Positions 25,871 through 38,869 of a stretch of DNA of 64,000 nucleotides are shown piece after piece. The translations under genes and the position numbers were made by a program. Numbering within the stretch: position 1 is the stretch's first letter; each line of letters starts with the position of its first letter. The notes beneath the pieces are model-generated. The model was not told the origin of the DNA. It saw only the letters and a list, made by a program, of their open reading frames with translations, and made no database searches. Origin of the DNA: Bispira polyomma (Eukaryota); NCBI GenBank assembly GCA_965649765.1, contig OZ287750.1:52514001-52578000 (forward strand), given 5' to 3'.

Positions 25871-28156
25871 TCCTTGCTTTCCTTACTTTTGTTACTTCCT
25901 TACTTTACTTACTTTAGTTCTAAATAGAAGTAGAAGTCAGCCACAAGTTGAACCAAATCCTTTGGACATTTGACTGGTTCAGAGTTGTACATCAGTGGAG
26001 ATAAGGGACTTGTATTGGTAGTTTACACATTTATACAAAAAAACTACACACCAAAAAAATACCGAGTAATAAACGACACATACAAATCATAACACAAACA
26101 TTTTGGCAGTTTTGTTTTGCGAAAGTTTGGAGGATTAATAATTTGGGTTCACTAACAAGTCCTTTATCACATTTTGTGGTTACAACTGAGCAGTTTTGTA
26201 AGAAATATAAATTTACTCGCTGATCAGGCTTTGCATGTGTTTGTAGCACAGTAACCTTGCATATCCAGGTATCAATTATCCCAATAGAATGTGTTCAGTT
26301 TTATCAATTCTATGCAAAACTATTTTGGGCAAGCTGGACAAATAGGTAATAATGTTGATGAACACACTGTGTTTTTTACTGTCAAAACTGAAAATTACGT
26401 TGGAGAGCATAAGTTTTTTGGGGGACAAATATTTTTGGCCTCAGGATGCCGAGAATATGGATGTTTTGTCTGACTACATTGTTGTACAATTGTTATTTAC
26501 AGCAGTTGATTATATATAATATCAGTTGAAGTGGAACAATAGCTCTTCTACACCGAGCAGACACAAAACAAAGGAAAACAATTAAATGGTCTTAACTATG
26601 TACCCAGCCGAGAGACAATATATATTCACACATATATATATATACAATAGTCACCATTCAGAGAATTTAAAACACTTTATCCACAGACAACACTGAATCA
26701 TGAACAAATACACCATTTTTAGTGGTCAAGCTTTAGAAAAAATTACAAAAAGGAATCTTTACAGTATTGCCATGATTGATGTTACACATAGTACAGAGTA
26801 TAATAAGCCCTTAACAATAAATCATTTGTAGCCAAACAATGTTCACAACCTACAAAAAAAAATAACGGTTAAATTCTAGAATTAACTGGACAGGAAGCAG
26901 CCATATTGAAAGTAGTTCTCCTGACTATCCCTGCATTGAGATTCAGTGTTGTCCAAAGGGTTTAGCATTATGTATTTATACGCCAAAGCCAATATGGCCA
27001 CGCCCTGATCAGTGAATTGTAGAATCGTTCCAAAATACATACTACCACAATGCTTCTCAGTTTATGTCAAATAAATATGTCACCACACAGCATTAAACAT
27101 AGCATTTTTATACACATTTTTACACATATAGAAAATTATACAATATATATCTTTCAAGTCTGGTGTAGATTTGGTCAATTTGTAGAGAACACACACATAG
27201 GCAATTTGAACTTTGCGTAGCGGGTCTATTTATTTTTTCTTAAGTCTTTTAAGTAATATTACAGAATTCAAATACTTGGTCTACTACCTATCCTTGCAGA
27301 AAACAAGCTAAAAATACTACTATCATGTATGAGGGGATTAAAACGTTGGACCCAATAGGGCCTAGAATAGTTCATAGAATCACTAGCATAACCTTTTAAT
27401 TGGAAATATTATTTGAACTTTTCATTGAACACAGGTTAGTCTTTTGAAGCATTAGTTTGGGGTTAACATCACTTTCAACACGTGTCACATCAAGAGGGGC
27501 AGATTCACTTGTGGAAGTCAGCAGGGTATTTGGACAAAGGTTTCCTGCTCTGCAAACCATCGGCCCTAAGCAAGTCTATATAATGCCAATTGTCCCACAT
27601 AAACAACAGGGCAACTGTAGAGGTGTGAGGCAAGTCTTTTTACCAACAATAAAAAGGTAGTGACCACAGTGAAAACTGACAAAGGGTCAATTTCAGAAAA
27701 AAAATCCAATAATTTGAATAAGTAAACATGCTTTAGTCCAAATGTTTACTTTTCTTCATCAAGCGTGACATTTGTTTGTATTGTTTATGAATTTACCTGG
27801 CTCAAATCAAGAGATACTAACTACATATACATAGAAATAACAGGTTTTTGTCTACTAAATTTGTAAACTCCACTTCCCAACACCTCACAAGCTTTATGTC
27901 TAGTTAATGATAAAACCAATATAACAAAAACCCAAACAATTAAGTCTGGCCTTACTATGGAACTCTTAACTGCAACGTACATATTAAATTTCTAACAGCA
28001 GTCCATGTCATTTTTTCTATTCCAATAATGTATTTACTACATTGGTTTTGCCTCAGCTGTCAGCCCTTTTTGTGTATTCACAGCCCCCAATTAGATTGAG
28101 AACCTCCACCGCAGAGGTGTTGAAAGAAAGATAAGTGGTTGAGGCCGTTATACATA

Positions 28157-28346
28157 CAGTAAAACCTCTATTATCCAAACTTCTATGATCCAAAAATTAT
28201 GATTTTCTGAACACTAATTCACTCTTCCAAATTATGTTTTACTATAATTGTTGTATAAACCAAATACCTCTTCTATTTCATGAACTTTCTGTTATCCAAA
28301 CAAAATATAGTTCTTCTGACACATTTAGATAATTAGAGATCTATTG
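28157..28346. mobile_element. Tc1/pogo-type MITE in the Rab27 3'UTR
   Basis: TA-flanked degenerate CAGT..CTG TIRs. Confidence 0.7.
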
Positions 28347-28369
28347 TATCTTTGCAGGGATAGATTATA

Positions 28370-28561
28370 CAGTCGAACCTCTATTATCCAAGCATATGAG
28401 GGAGAGCAAAATAATTTTGTTTGGATAATAGAAAGTTGATATAATAGAAGAGGCCTCTATATATAAAACGATACGAAAACAAAAATTTAGAAGAGTGGAA
28501 TCGAGTTCATAAAATCAAATGTTTGGATAAGAGGATTTATCAGATACTAGAGGTTCTAGTG
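28370..28561. mobile_element. Tc1/pogo-type MITE in the Rab27 3'UTR, inverted relative to 28157
   Basis: cagtcgaacctctattatcc / agaggttctagtg. Confidence 0.7.
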
Positions 28562-28598
28562 TCTTGGGGTTTCAGTGATTAGTACATTTTGTTCAGAA

Positions 28599-28782
28599 TC
28601 AGCAGCCACAGCCAGCCTTCTCCTCATCCTCCTTAGGCTTTGTGACTTTGGTAGCACCGTGTTTGGTGAACTGAGCCTTGTCCACAGACTCCTCCATCCT
28701 CAGCATCACCTGGTTCAGCAGGCACTCAATGGCCTTGTTCACGTTCTGACCCGTCGCAGCACTCGTCTCAAAGTATGGCAAC
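28599..28782 (-). CDS. Rab27: Rab27 last coding exon (LPYFETSAATGQNV...EKAGCGC*)
   Basis: cacag|G TTG CCA...TGA. ETSA (G5) motif and a C-terminal CxC geranylgeranylation motif. Confidence 0.95.
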
Positions 28783-29530
28783 CTGTGGGGGCAACATACA
28801 GAGGGTTAATACAGGAATCTGTGAGGGGGGGGGGCCTACAGCAACCTGTGGAGGGGGGGGCATACAGAGGGTTAAATACAGCAACCTGTGGAGGGGGGGA
28901 CATAGAGAGGGTTAAATACAGGAACCTGTGAGGGGTGACATACAAGGGGTTAAACACAGGAACCTGTGGGGGTGACATACAGAGGGTTAAATACAGGGGC
29001 CGTATTCACAAACAAGTGAAATCCTATTCCTAACTTGGATTTCAAGTATTCTGGCTATATTTTACTAACTTAGATCCAAATGGTATTCACCAAAGAAAAC
29101 TTACTTACTTTAGAGAGAAAACTTACTTAGATTTCAAGTAAGCAGATGAGGTACCTTAGATTTCTTTCCTAACTTTGATTGTAAGTAAAACTTAAGTAAG
29201 TAGAATTTTTCACTTGTTTGTGAATACCACTTCTTAGAAAATCTTGGGAAAAACTTACTTACTTTGGAAAGTAAGTGAATTTTTTTTTCACTTGTTTGTG
29301 AATACGGCCCCAGGAACCTGTGGGGGTGACATACAGAGGGTTAAATACAGAAACCTGTGGGGGTGACATACAGAGGGTTAAATACAGAAACCTGTGGGGG
29401 TGACATACAGAGGGTTAAATACAGAAACCTGTGGGGGTGACATACAGAGGGTTAAATACAGGAACCTGTGGGGGTGACATACAGAGGGTTAAATACAGAA
29501 ACCTGTGGGGGAGGACATACAGAGGGTTTA
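28780..29530 (-). repeat. ~12 x 37-bp minisatellite derived from the Rab27 last 3' splice site
   Basis: Unit on the minus strand is tgtatttaaccctctgtatgtcacccccacagGTTYC. The most downstream copy is the real acceptor. Confidence 0.9.
28997..29310. mobile_element. PIF/Harbinger-like MITE
   Basis: TIR gggccgtattcacaaacaagtgaaa / tttcacttgtttgtgaatacggccc with a CAG TSD, inserted in the minisatellite. Confidence 0.85.
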
Positions 29531-30248
29531 AGTTTTACTGGAGAGTTTAACACCTTAGAGAGTAGTTTTACTTCACTGGTATCCACTCGCCTTACTCACA
29601 CAACCAAAATTTAACTAACCCTTTTTCAATATTTCTCTAATTATGATTATATGTATATTTGTGATTAATTTCACAGACATTATTTATGCAAACTTCTTGT
29701 GAGATGGTGGGCATCCATTTTATCACTAAAATTGTGTAATAATTCACTCGTTTAACATGGGTAGATCCTATTGTAGGATATTCAGTTGTACATACAAAGT
29801 ATAATACTTTGTCTGTGAAGAATTAGATTAAAAATCATTGGCAAAGCTTGGGGTACGTACGACTTATCCAAAGCATGGTAACTCGGGATCTTTTCACAAT
29901 GAGAGAAGAAGTCTCTGCAGGATATATACATATAAAACACCAAACAAGGTCTTTATATCAACCTTACAATCTTTTAATATTGCTTACATGGAGGTGATTT
30001 CACCCAACGGAAGGCATTGTTACATGTAGTGAACACACACATTGTAAACTGGGCTTCAAGGTAAATCTGCATTTAATTATTATTATAATTTAGTAAAACA
30101 CACAAGATAAAATCTTTTAAACAACGGCCGTTATAACAATAAGAAACACATGTTTAAGACAGCAGAGAAAAGGGAGAGGGGAGGAAGCAATAGAAAAGGA
30201 TGAAATGTACAGCGTGGAGTGTGTATCCATATTAAGCGGGGATGAGTA

Positions 30249-30466
30249 CAGTAAAAACTCTATTTTACGGACATCTTGGGAGAGTGAGAATTTGTTTGGA
30301 TAATAGAGGGTCCGTAAAATAGAAGTGGCATTTTAGTATAAAACATAGCAAAAAATAAGTTTGGGACTAAAATTGAGTCTGTAAAATCAAAAATTCGGAT
30401 AATAGAGGGTTGGATAAAGGAGGTTCGGATAATAGAAGTTACGATAATAGAGGTTCTAGTCTACTG
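30249..30466. mobile_element. Tc1/pogo-type MITE
   Basis: TA-flanked, same internal sequence as 15268. Confidence 0.75.
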
Positions 30467-30844
30467 TAGTTGTTTGTGTATGTTTTACAACAATAGAGGA
30501 GGACGTGCACTGGTATAATCAACATGTGTGTGTAAATCATCACAGTTTTATTAGTTAACGAGCCTCAAGCTTCCAGTACTTTGGACAGTCACGTGTCCCG
30601 AGTCACTCTGTAAGATCATATGTGTTACTAAATCTCTATCATTTATAAAACATGATGCTTGTCACGTAATTTCATTTTGGACACCAAATTTACACCTAAT
30701 AATTAACATGCAAAATGTTGATAAAGTGAGGGACTGCTCTCTCCAACCAAATTGATATGGTTCACTCAAATAAAAGTGGAAATACTATGAAATAAACTAA
30801 TTTTTTTTTGTGAAATAGTATCACTGTCATAACATTTACCACAA

Positions 30845-30909
30845 ATTTATTTTTCATTGTTTTAGTTACTTTTGTGGTACAAAAGTAACTAAAACAATGA
30901 AAAATAAAT
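30845..30909. repeat. perfect 31-bp stem / 3-nt loop hairpin
   Basis: atttatttttcattgttttagttacttttgt-ggt-acaaaagtaactaaaacaatgaaaaataaat. Confidence 0.92.
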
Positions 30910-31394
30910 ACTTTTGGTCAGTAATGCTAAAGCTTTACACCTTATAACAAACTAAAATTAATTGATGAAAGTTAATATGGCTGAAACTTACACTATTTTT
31001 TTTCTAATTTTTTCCCCCCAAATAAATGAAGCCATCCCTAATTGTCTTTCCCCAAGAGGAAGCCACAAACACTATATATTTTTTTCTAAAATTAGTTTTT
31101 CCTACTCCCTTACTCTATTATGCTAGTGATGCAAATTGTGGTTGTTACCGAGATGCCTTGGAAACAAAACAAGTGACATGAGATGAAACACGAGTCACAC
31201 ATTAGATATTATTGCACTAATTAGAAGCACCATCACCAGCCCGGTCAGAGACCTGGGAGACCACAAGTACAATAGTAAAACTACAGATAAAAACAACACC
31301 CGCCTACAATATCTTGCACAACATAACAACTGGAAAACTTGCGTCAGATCAGTACAAGTCAACTAATATCATTCTAAAGTTATAACTGTATATA

Positions 31395-31580
31395 CAGTAG
31401 AACCTCTATTATCCGACCCTCTATTATCCGACTATTCGATTTTACGGACTCAATTTCATTCTCCCAAACTTATTTTTTGCTATTGTTTTATACTAAAATG
31501 GCCCTTCTATTTTACGGACCTTCTATTATCCAAACAAATTCCCACTCTCCCAATATGGTCGGATAATAGAGGTTCTACTG
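31395..31580. mobile_element. Tc1/pogo-type MITE (well preserved)
   Basis: Perfect TIR cagtagaacctctattatccgacc / ggtcggataatagaggttctactg with TA TSD. Confidence 0.88.
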
Positions 31581-33606
31581 TATAACAATATTGTGTTATT
31601 TGTGTGTGTAAATACATAGAACAGAGGACAAGAATGTGTCACAGTGTCGAGTCCTAATATCAGAATTTTGTTCCCAATTGTTGACTTGTTATCTCAATAA
31701 ATCCAGATATTAATTAAGCCAAAGTCACATTTTATGTGTTTATGACATCACCTCCAACCCCGCACACACACCCCCCCCCTCCAAGCTTGAAGCACGGGTA
31801 GCATCTAGTTGATTTTCCTTATTAATAATTCAGTTAAAACCCCTTTAAATTAAACCATGTTGTACCAGGACAAATATCTTTACTAAAAGCAAATTTTGAC
31901 AGAAAAGGCTTTTGTGGAATTATGGATTTTCCACCATATAAAAAGCAACATCGACTAAAGTGTACATCATGTATATCATTTTGTATGATTTATTTTTTTA
32001 AATATGTTTTTATACTTGATGGAAAACATGAATAGAACTCAGTGTTAAATTTGTGATATATTACCTTTGTGTATTTCCGAAATAACAGATTTTTTAAAAT
32101 TTTATTGAAAAAGTAAATCATACAAAATAATGCTGATCTCTTTGTTTATCTGGTGGTGTGCAATATGGTAGTATAGATTTCCTCTTTATATGTGTAATGT
32201 ATCACGTTTGTGGAAATATTCATATTTTCTTACAATTTAAGCTTGTGATATGTAATCGTTTTACTGATATATTGTTAAAACAAATCTAAAAACTCATAAA
32301 GTAAAATTGAACTTTATATAACTTTATATAATTCTCCCTTTATCTTTTATAATCATCATACAGTAAAACTTGTGTTTAAAAATTCATTGAGGCCTTCATA
32401 ACAGAAGTAGTATAGGTTCAAGACAGTTTTTCTTTCATAAGATGGTTTAGCGGTGATCGTATTTTGTGTTTACGTTACTAACCCCTAAACAGAGTTCCAC
32501 TTAAAAGAGAGGTTTCCCTGTAATTCGTATATACCATGTTATTCATGATCAACTACTGCAAATTCTACAACATCAGTGACATACAGTAGCACTTATAAAG
32601 GAAAGCTTTTATTTCTACTTCCTCTACATCCAATTGATGCAACAAGTAAAGGACAATGGCCTTTTGTTAAAAGGTAGAACCTTTTTAGGCCAGTTCTTTG
32701 TGTGACAGCAATTCCTTCACTTCCACAAGTTATATCAAGGGGCGGAAAGCTCGAGACTTTCAAAACGTAAAGTCATTTTTAAATTTCTTTGTATATAGTA
32801 GGGATTTTTTTAATTTTCAACTAATAACTATGGGTCTTAATCCACTGTAGTTGCGTTTTGAAGTCAAATTAACATCTATTTTTTTTCATTTGTCCAATCA
32901 AAGACATCAAGATTGATAATCTAAACCTGAGTTTTAGTTATAGAGATGACAGAACTTCTCCTTATATTAGCTATGTCTTATATCTGAGATCTTTCCACTT
33001 CTCTACTGATGTCAGGTTTTCTCAAGTACATAAATTTCCTTAAGCCCCTCATAATGTAAGTTCCGAAAAAGCAATTTTTTTTCAAGATATGATTGCTAAC
33101 ACCCAAGACATCCATGTTAGGGTGAATTAGAGAGTGTGGTTTTTTGGAAGAAGAAACCTGGATACTAATAAGGTTTGATAAATAATACTGTAATTCCCAG
33201 AATAGGTCTGGATACAAGTAAAGGTTTCCCTATTATACAGCAACTTCCAGACTCATCTGGCTACTACCAGCGATTCTACCCCTAAATACTACAATTCCCA
33301 GGTTTTATACAATACCAAGCTTTTACAGGTAAATAATGCAATTCCAGATTCACAGGTAAATAATACAATTCCAGATTAGGTTTTGATCAATTCTAAGCTT
33401 CTAGCCCTAACATCTTGCCCATATTTGTCTGCCATCTTTTCAGATCTCACCCAATTTGCCTGTCATCTCTTTAGATCCCTCCTCAGAGATGATTCTCTGG
33501 TAATTCCTAGACCAGGTTTTGTACAATTATAATGTTCAACACCTAAATACTACAATTCCCAGACTAGGCTTTATACAATTGTAAGTTTCTGCCTCTAACA
33601 TCAGAT

Positions 33607-33702
33607 CTTACCCATATTTGTCTGCCATCTCTTTGGCCCTTACCCATATTTTTCTGGCATCTCTTTCGACCTTACCCATATTTGTCTGCCATCTCTTTGG
33701 CC
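33607..33702 (-). repeat. 3 x 32-bp tandem duplication of the Rab27 exon 4 donor junction
   Basis: cttacccatatttgtctgccatctctttggcc-like units at 33607, 33639 and 33671. Confidence 0.9.
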
Positions 33703-33903
33703 CTCTCCTCGGTGATGACTCTCTGCTCCTCTAGATCCACCTTGTTCCCACACAGTACAATGTCTGGGTTCTCGCAGTAGGCGTGTGTTTGTAGCTGGGT
33801 CAGCCAGTTGCGGATGTTGAGAAAGGACTGCTCATTGGCCAAGTCAAATAGTAACACGAAACCCATGGCATCTCTAAAGAATGCTGTGGTTAGACTTCTG
33901 AAC
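33676..33903 (-). CDS. Rab27: Rab27 exon 4 ([20 protein letters not shown]...[26 protein letters not shown])
   Basis: ctttag|G...GG|gtaag, 228 nt. [13 protein letters not shown] and [15 protein letters not shown] are Rab27 signatures. Confidence 0.96.
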
Positions 33904-33913
33904 CTAAAGCATA

Positions 33914-34090
33914 TAGTTTAGTTTGAGTTTTACGTCGCATTCAAAGCCTCTAAATCTAATGTCATACCACGACAGGCAACCACCAGCCTTCAGTAATTCT
34001 ACTGCCAACTTTTCCATATACACTCTTGTGCTGAGAATTGAACCCGAAATAACAGAGCTGGGGGACAAGTTTATTACCACTGCACCATCT
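33914..34090 (-). mobile_element. tRNA-derived SINE abutting the Rab27 exon 4 acceptor
   Basis: ggtgcagtggta / gggttcaattc boxes, the same core as 17772, tail caaactaaac. Confidence 0.6.
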
Positions 34091-34367
34091 ATGCCAACCC
34101 TAAGAATTAGTATATAAAAGGTTAGAGTTATTTATTTGGAAATATAATAATTTTTTACACAATTATATCTAAAATTTTAGTGAAACCTAAAGTAAGTTTC
34201 CGGATGCAATTGCTTTCTTGTCAAGCAAATTTATTGTTTTATCAACATGATTCTACATGCAAACTAGATCATTTTTATTATAAACAGAGTTGGGCTGTCA
34301 TTAACAAACTTAAAACTAATACTTCACTTGCTGTGAAAGTCAGTTAGGGGCCTGACAGTCACATTAA

Positions 34368-34698
34368 GCCTAGGCTTCCTTCAGCAGTCACTGACGTCGG
34401 TCAATTTATTAAAATCCGAGCCGATCCGACATCAGCTGATGCAGCACTTCCTTTCATCTGATATATACTAAATATTTCAATATAAATTTTTTTTTCCTTC
34501 TTAATGTTTGTTTAAAAATCGGACCGATCTCCGGAATTTTTTTGCTCCCTGACCGATAAATTCTGATGGTATAACAGACGTCGGCTGACCTAAACGGAGG
34601 GAAATATGTTGAAAGGAAGCACTTGCTAATATTAAATAATGATCTACTAAATTGGCCGATGTCGGCCGAGAAAAAACATGCTGAAAGGTAGCCTAGGC
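34368..34698. mobile_element. PIF/Harbinger MITE (GCCTACGCTTCC family)
   Basis: TIR gcctaggcttcct / aggtagcctaggc, TAA TSD. Confidence 0.75.
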
Positions 34699-34986
34699 TA
34701 ACAGTGAGATACTGTACAGAGTATAAAATTTAAATAAAATAAACCAAAAGGTCAGGAATGACATTAACATAGGCCTGATGGCCATTGGACAGTAATATTC
34801 ACTCAAGGGACAGCGTATAAATCTTAAACCACTGGCCCTTGTTTTAAAGGTCAGGAAAAGCTTATTTTATCAGTCGGGTTTAGTGAATCTTTGAACTGGC
34901 ACAGCAAGAATTTATTGCCCACTGTTCCTCTGTGACAGTATGGGTCAGTATGTCAACAATCTAATGTTGTCGGCTGCTATCCCCAC

Positions 34987-35072
34987 CTCTCTTGTCCTGC
35001 CGTGTCCCAAAGCTGTAAGAACACACGCTGACTGCGACCCGTGCTGCCATCTGTGCTCGGTAACCGATGTGT
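34987..35072 (-). CDS. Rab27: Rab27 exon 3 ([29 protein letters not shown])
   Basis: tttcag|ACA...AG|gtgggg, 86 nt. Contains the Rab27-specific insert and WDTAGQE (G3). Confidence 0.95.
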
Positions 35073-38029
35073 CTGAAAGTAACACACCAGACCAATGCAT
35101 CCATTCCACTCTCACAAATTTATATTATTCTAATGTTTTATACAGAAATGTCTGTTGTATCTTATATACCTTTTTTTAACCAAACTATATGTGTGGATAA
35201 TCGAGGTTCTATTATAGTTTATATTATATGCATATATAATATAGCAGTAGCAGAACTACAATTGTAAAGTGAAAAGGTCTGTGCATTAACAAAGCTAGAT
35301 TTCTGAGACAAGACAATACAAGTCAACGGGTTGAGACCTAATAATAGTATTCAAATCCATTAAAATATTTTATATGTCTAGAAACAGAGATTAAGTTATA
35401 TTCCGTAGACAACAATACTGATGGTAATGATCATCAAGATGAAGTAATAATATGACCAATGAATATACACTTGAACTCCGTTAGGTCAAAGGTCAAGAAA
35501 AATACATTTACTTAAACAGGATTTTCATTTTAATATGATGCATTTTAAAAGAGAAGACTTTTGTGGGACTGTTAAGTTTTCTCCATATAAAACAGAAATT
35601 GACTTAACATAGGCCAACTGAAAGAGGTTTGACTATAAATAGTTTTTTTTCGATCTTTTCTTACTGTAAGTTTGGGGATAATTAATAAATATTTTCTAAT
35701 TACATATATATGTAAATAGAATACCATGAGTATAATCCCAGAAACTATTTTTTTTTTCTAGCCATATATAAGTAGTAAATATTACTCAGACTGGATCAAT
35801 AGTGAAGTATCAGTAATTATTCCCATGTTTAATACAAGTATCAGGATGGATGGGGTTTGGTTCTGGCGTTTTGTGTCAAGCTGTAAAAGATGAAATACGG
35901 TGAGTGAAACGTGTTTTCTCTTGAGAAAGATTACATAGATGCCATACAAGAGTGAGCAATGAAAATGTATGACCTAAATTCATCTAATATTTTTTTCTTT
36001 TTGCCCAATGCTTTTAACTTTTGCTTTTTCTGTCTATTTTATTGGACGAAAATTTAAATACAGTTGAACAGGAGAAATAGGCCTACTTAAGCAGGATGAT
36101 ACTTTAAAAAGATTTTTGTGGGACTACAACTGTATCTCCACATAAAAGAGAAATCGACTCAACAGAATCCTACCAAAAAGGGTAGAAGAGATAGAATTAA
36201 TAGCCTGATCATGACAACTCAAATTATGGGTTTCTCTAAGCAGCAATTGACCAGCATCATGGCCCAAATGTCTATGAAAGCCCCACTATTAATTTTTCAG
36301 ACTGCAATAGTACCTCTAACATCTGGCTGAATATATTTGCGTATTACCAGTATATGCCGCACGTTTTGTGTAGCTAATAGCTATTGTAATGATTTTTTTT
36401 GTCAATACATTTTCTGACAACTACATTTTTCTGATAGACAAACTGAATAGAGTCCACTTAAAGTAATACTAAGTTATTGCTGTGCCTATAAATTTATACA
36501 CATTTACAACCAGTACAATGGATTTTCTGTTAATTAGTTATGAATAAAAGTAAGAATACTGGTAAAACTTCATTTTATTCATTCAACTTTAAAACAACTG
36601 GTACTGTGTGTAAAGTGTATAAATGGATGTCAATTAATCAAAACATTTTTTCCACATATTTATCGCTGTTTCTTCCTTGTGACAAAAGTACTAGATGGCA
36701 CCATTACTGAATAGCCATTGACATTAAGGCCTGACAGACAGAGGAAACGAAACAAAAATTGTCACTTATAGCAGATTCCGGAACACATCTACTGTATTCT
36801 CCTGAACTTTAGCGCTGGTGATCATTAGACTCTGTACTGGTACTGTTAGAACTTAGTAGGGCTAATAACTACCAGCTAAGTTAAAATTTTGTATTTCAAA
36901 TACACTTAAAAGTGTACAAGACACCAATTTTCACCTGTTAAAATAGCCAAACTTAAGACCAAGTAAAAATTGTGAGTTGACACAGTCTTATTTAATACAT
37001 GAAAGAATGATATGTCATATATATCATTCAATACAACATTAGACATGTGGCCAATTAATTAATGTGTTAGATATAAAAGATATGGGGAGGGGACAAACTG
37101 TTAACAATGCACAAACTCTTTGAGACTGTTTGATATGAAGGAGATGTACATATATACATAATACGTACATCAAAGTTCAAACATACCCACACCTACATGA
37201 ACACCACCTAGTAAGGACATTCAAAGAAGAACTCCTTGAAGAAACAAATCACTCATTCATCACACCAGTAACTATTACATGTATCATTGTCAGGTCATCT
37301 CTGATCACATGTAATAGTTAGAAAATCGAACAGATTTCATAAACTATTAAATACTATTGATCAAACTTGCACAATCAATATAATATGATAAACCTTCCAC
37401 CAAATAGTCTATACATGAAACTTATAACCATGTACAGGCTTTATTGACGGTAAACGGATATAAGCCCCCTGACAAAAGCCCCCCCCCCCCTTTTTTTGAA
37501 GGCATAGGTTTGACACAAGGATGAACTGATGTAGTTGTGGGCAATTTTTTGTTTTGTCATTTTGACTAATTTGTTATCAAATGCCTTAATATATCATCTT
37601 AATACATGTATACAGATACGTGTAGCTCACAGGAGAACATATTAATTAAATCCTTCCTAAAGTTCACATAAAAAGGTCACTGCCATAACAGTGAGAAATG
37701 TATGGTGTTTAAATAACTACTATCCAATGTAATAATTTGCTCCTGACACTAGTCTCAGATTAAACTAGGAAGATCTTTGAAGGTAGTCAAACTTAAAACA
37801 CAAAACGATTTTGGTTGGTCATGTTCTGAATTTGCACCCTTTTTCACAATAACCTATGTATGGAATCATATTAGCAAGTAATTCCTGGTAAGTAAGATGT
37901 GAGCACATGGAACCCAGACCATAAAAACAAACAAACAAGTGGGGTTATAGACCTCAAAAAGGTGGGTTGAGCAATTGGTATCAGGGATAGGGTCCAGCAA
38001 CAAATTTCAATTTTATTATTTGTTTGTAC

Positions 38030-38442
38030 AGATTTATAGTTATGTTATTTTACCATAAACATTCAATAGACCGCAAGACTTGGCGGCCATATTGTTTTAA
38101 ACAGAATGAGCCCAAATACAATCCCAACCAAGCTATTGACATGATACATCTCCACAACAAATTTGGTGATGATAGCTGCAATATTTTGCCTTTAAATGTC
38201 CTAAACCTGTTTTCAAGATGGCTGTGGTAGTGGCCATCTTGTTTTTCTGAATGGGCCCTAATACAATCCCAACCAAGCCATTGACATGATACAAATCCAC
38301 AACAAATTTGGTGATGATAGCTGTAATACTTTTCCTTTAAATGTCCGAAAACTGTTTTAAAGATGGCGGCCATCTTGTTTTTTGGAATGGGCCCAAATAA
38401 AATCCCAACCAAGCTATTGACATGATACACCTCCACAACAAA
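38030..38442. repeat. ~3 x 140-bp tandem repeat, HINE-derived
   Basis: Repeated ggccatcttgtttt...aatcccaaccaagctattgacatgatac...acaacaaatttggtgatgatagctg. Confidence 0.7.
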
Positions 38443-38869
38443 TAGACAAAGAAAGTGGCAGTTGGTTAATTAGTTAGTTATCCCTGTATTCAAAACATAT
38501 TGTTTAATACTCACAACTCGGACACAGTAACAAAAGTATAATACTAAAAAATAAAGGTGCAAAATTTTGTAATGGAAAAAGACTATAAATATAACAGGTG
38601 CTCTATTAGTCAAACATGTAATTAAATAGAGGAAAAAAATTGAATCTAATAGAAATAAAACTTCTGCATGGTAAAACTTTTCATACAGACAGAAAGAAAC
38701 AGAATCAGAGATAAACACACCTTCAAGTCGACTAACGTCAGATCAAATGTCTTGGTTATACCAGAACAATTTCTTTAACTGACACATGTGCGAAAAAATA
38801 TAATATTAAGGACATACATCTAACCTCTAATGTCACAATAAAGTTTCATCACTAATGTCAAATTGGGGT

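Noticed and set aside
28575-28978. ORFs 28575+ and 28739- as separate genes
   Set aside because: They are the antisense shadow of the Rab27 last exon and a translation of the minisatellite.
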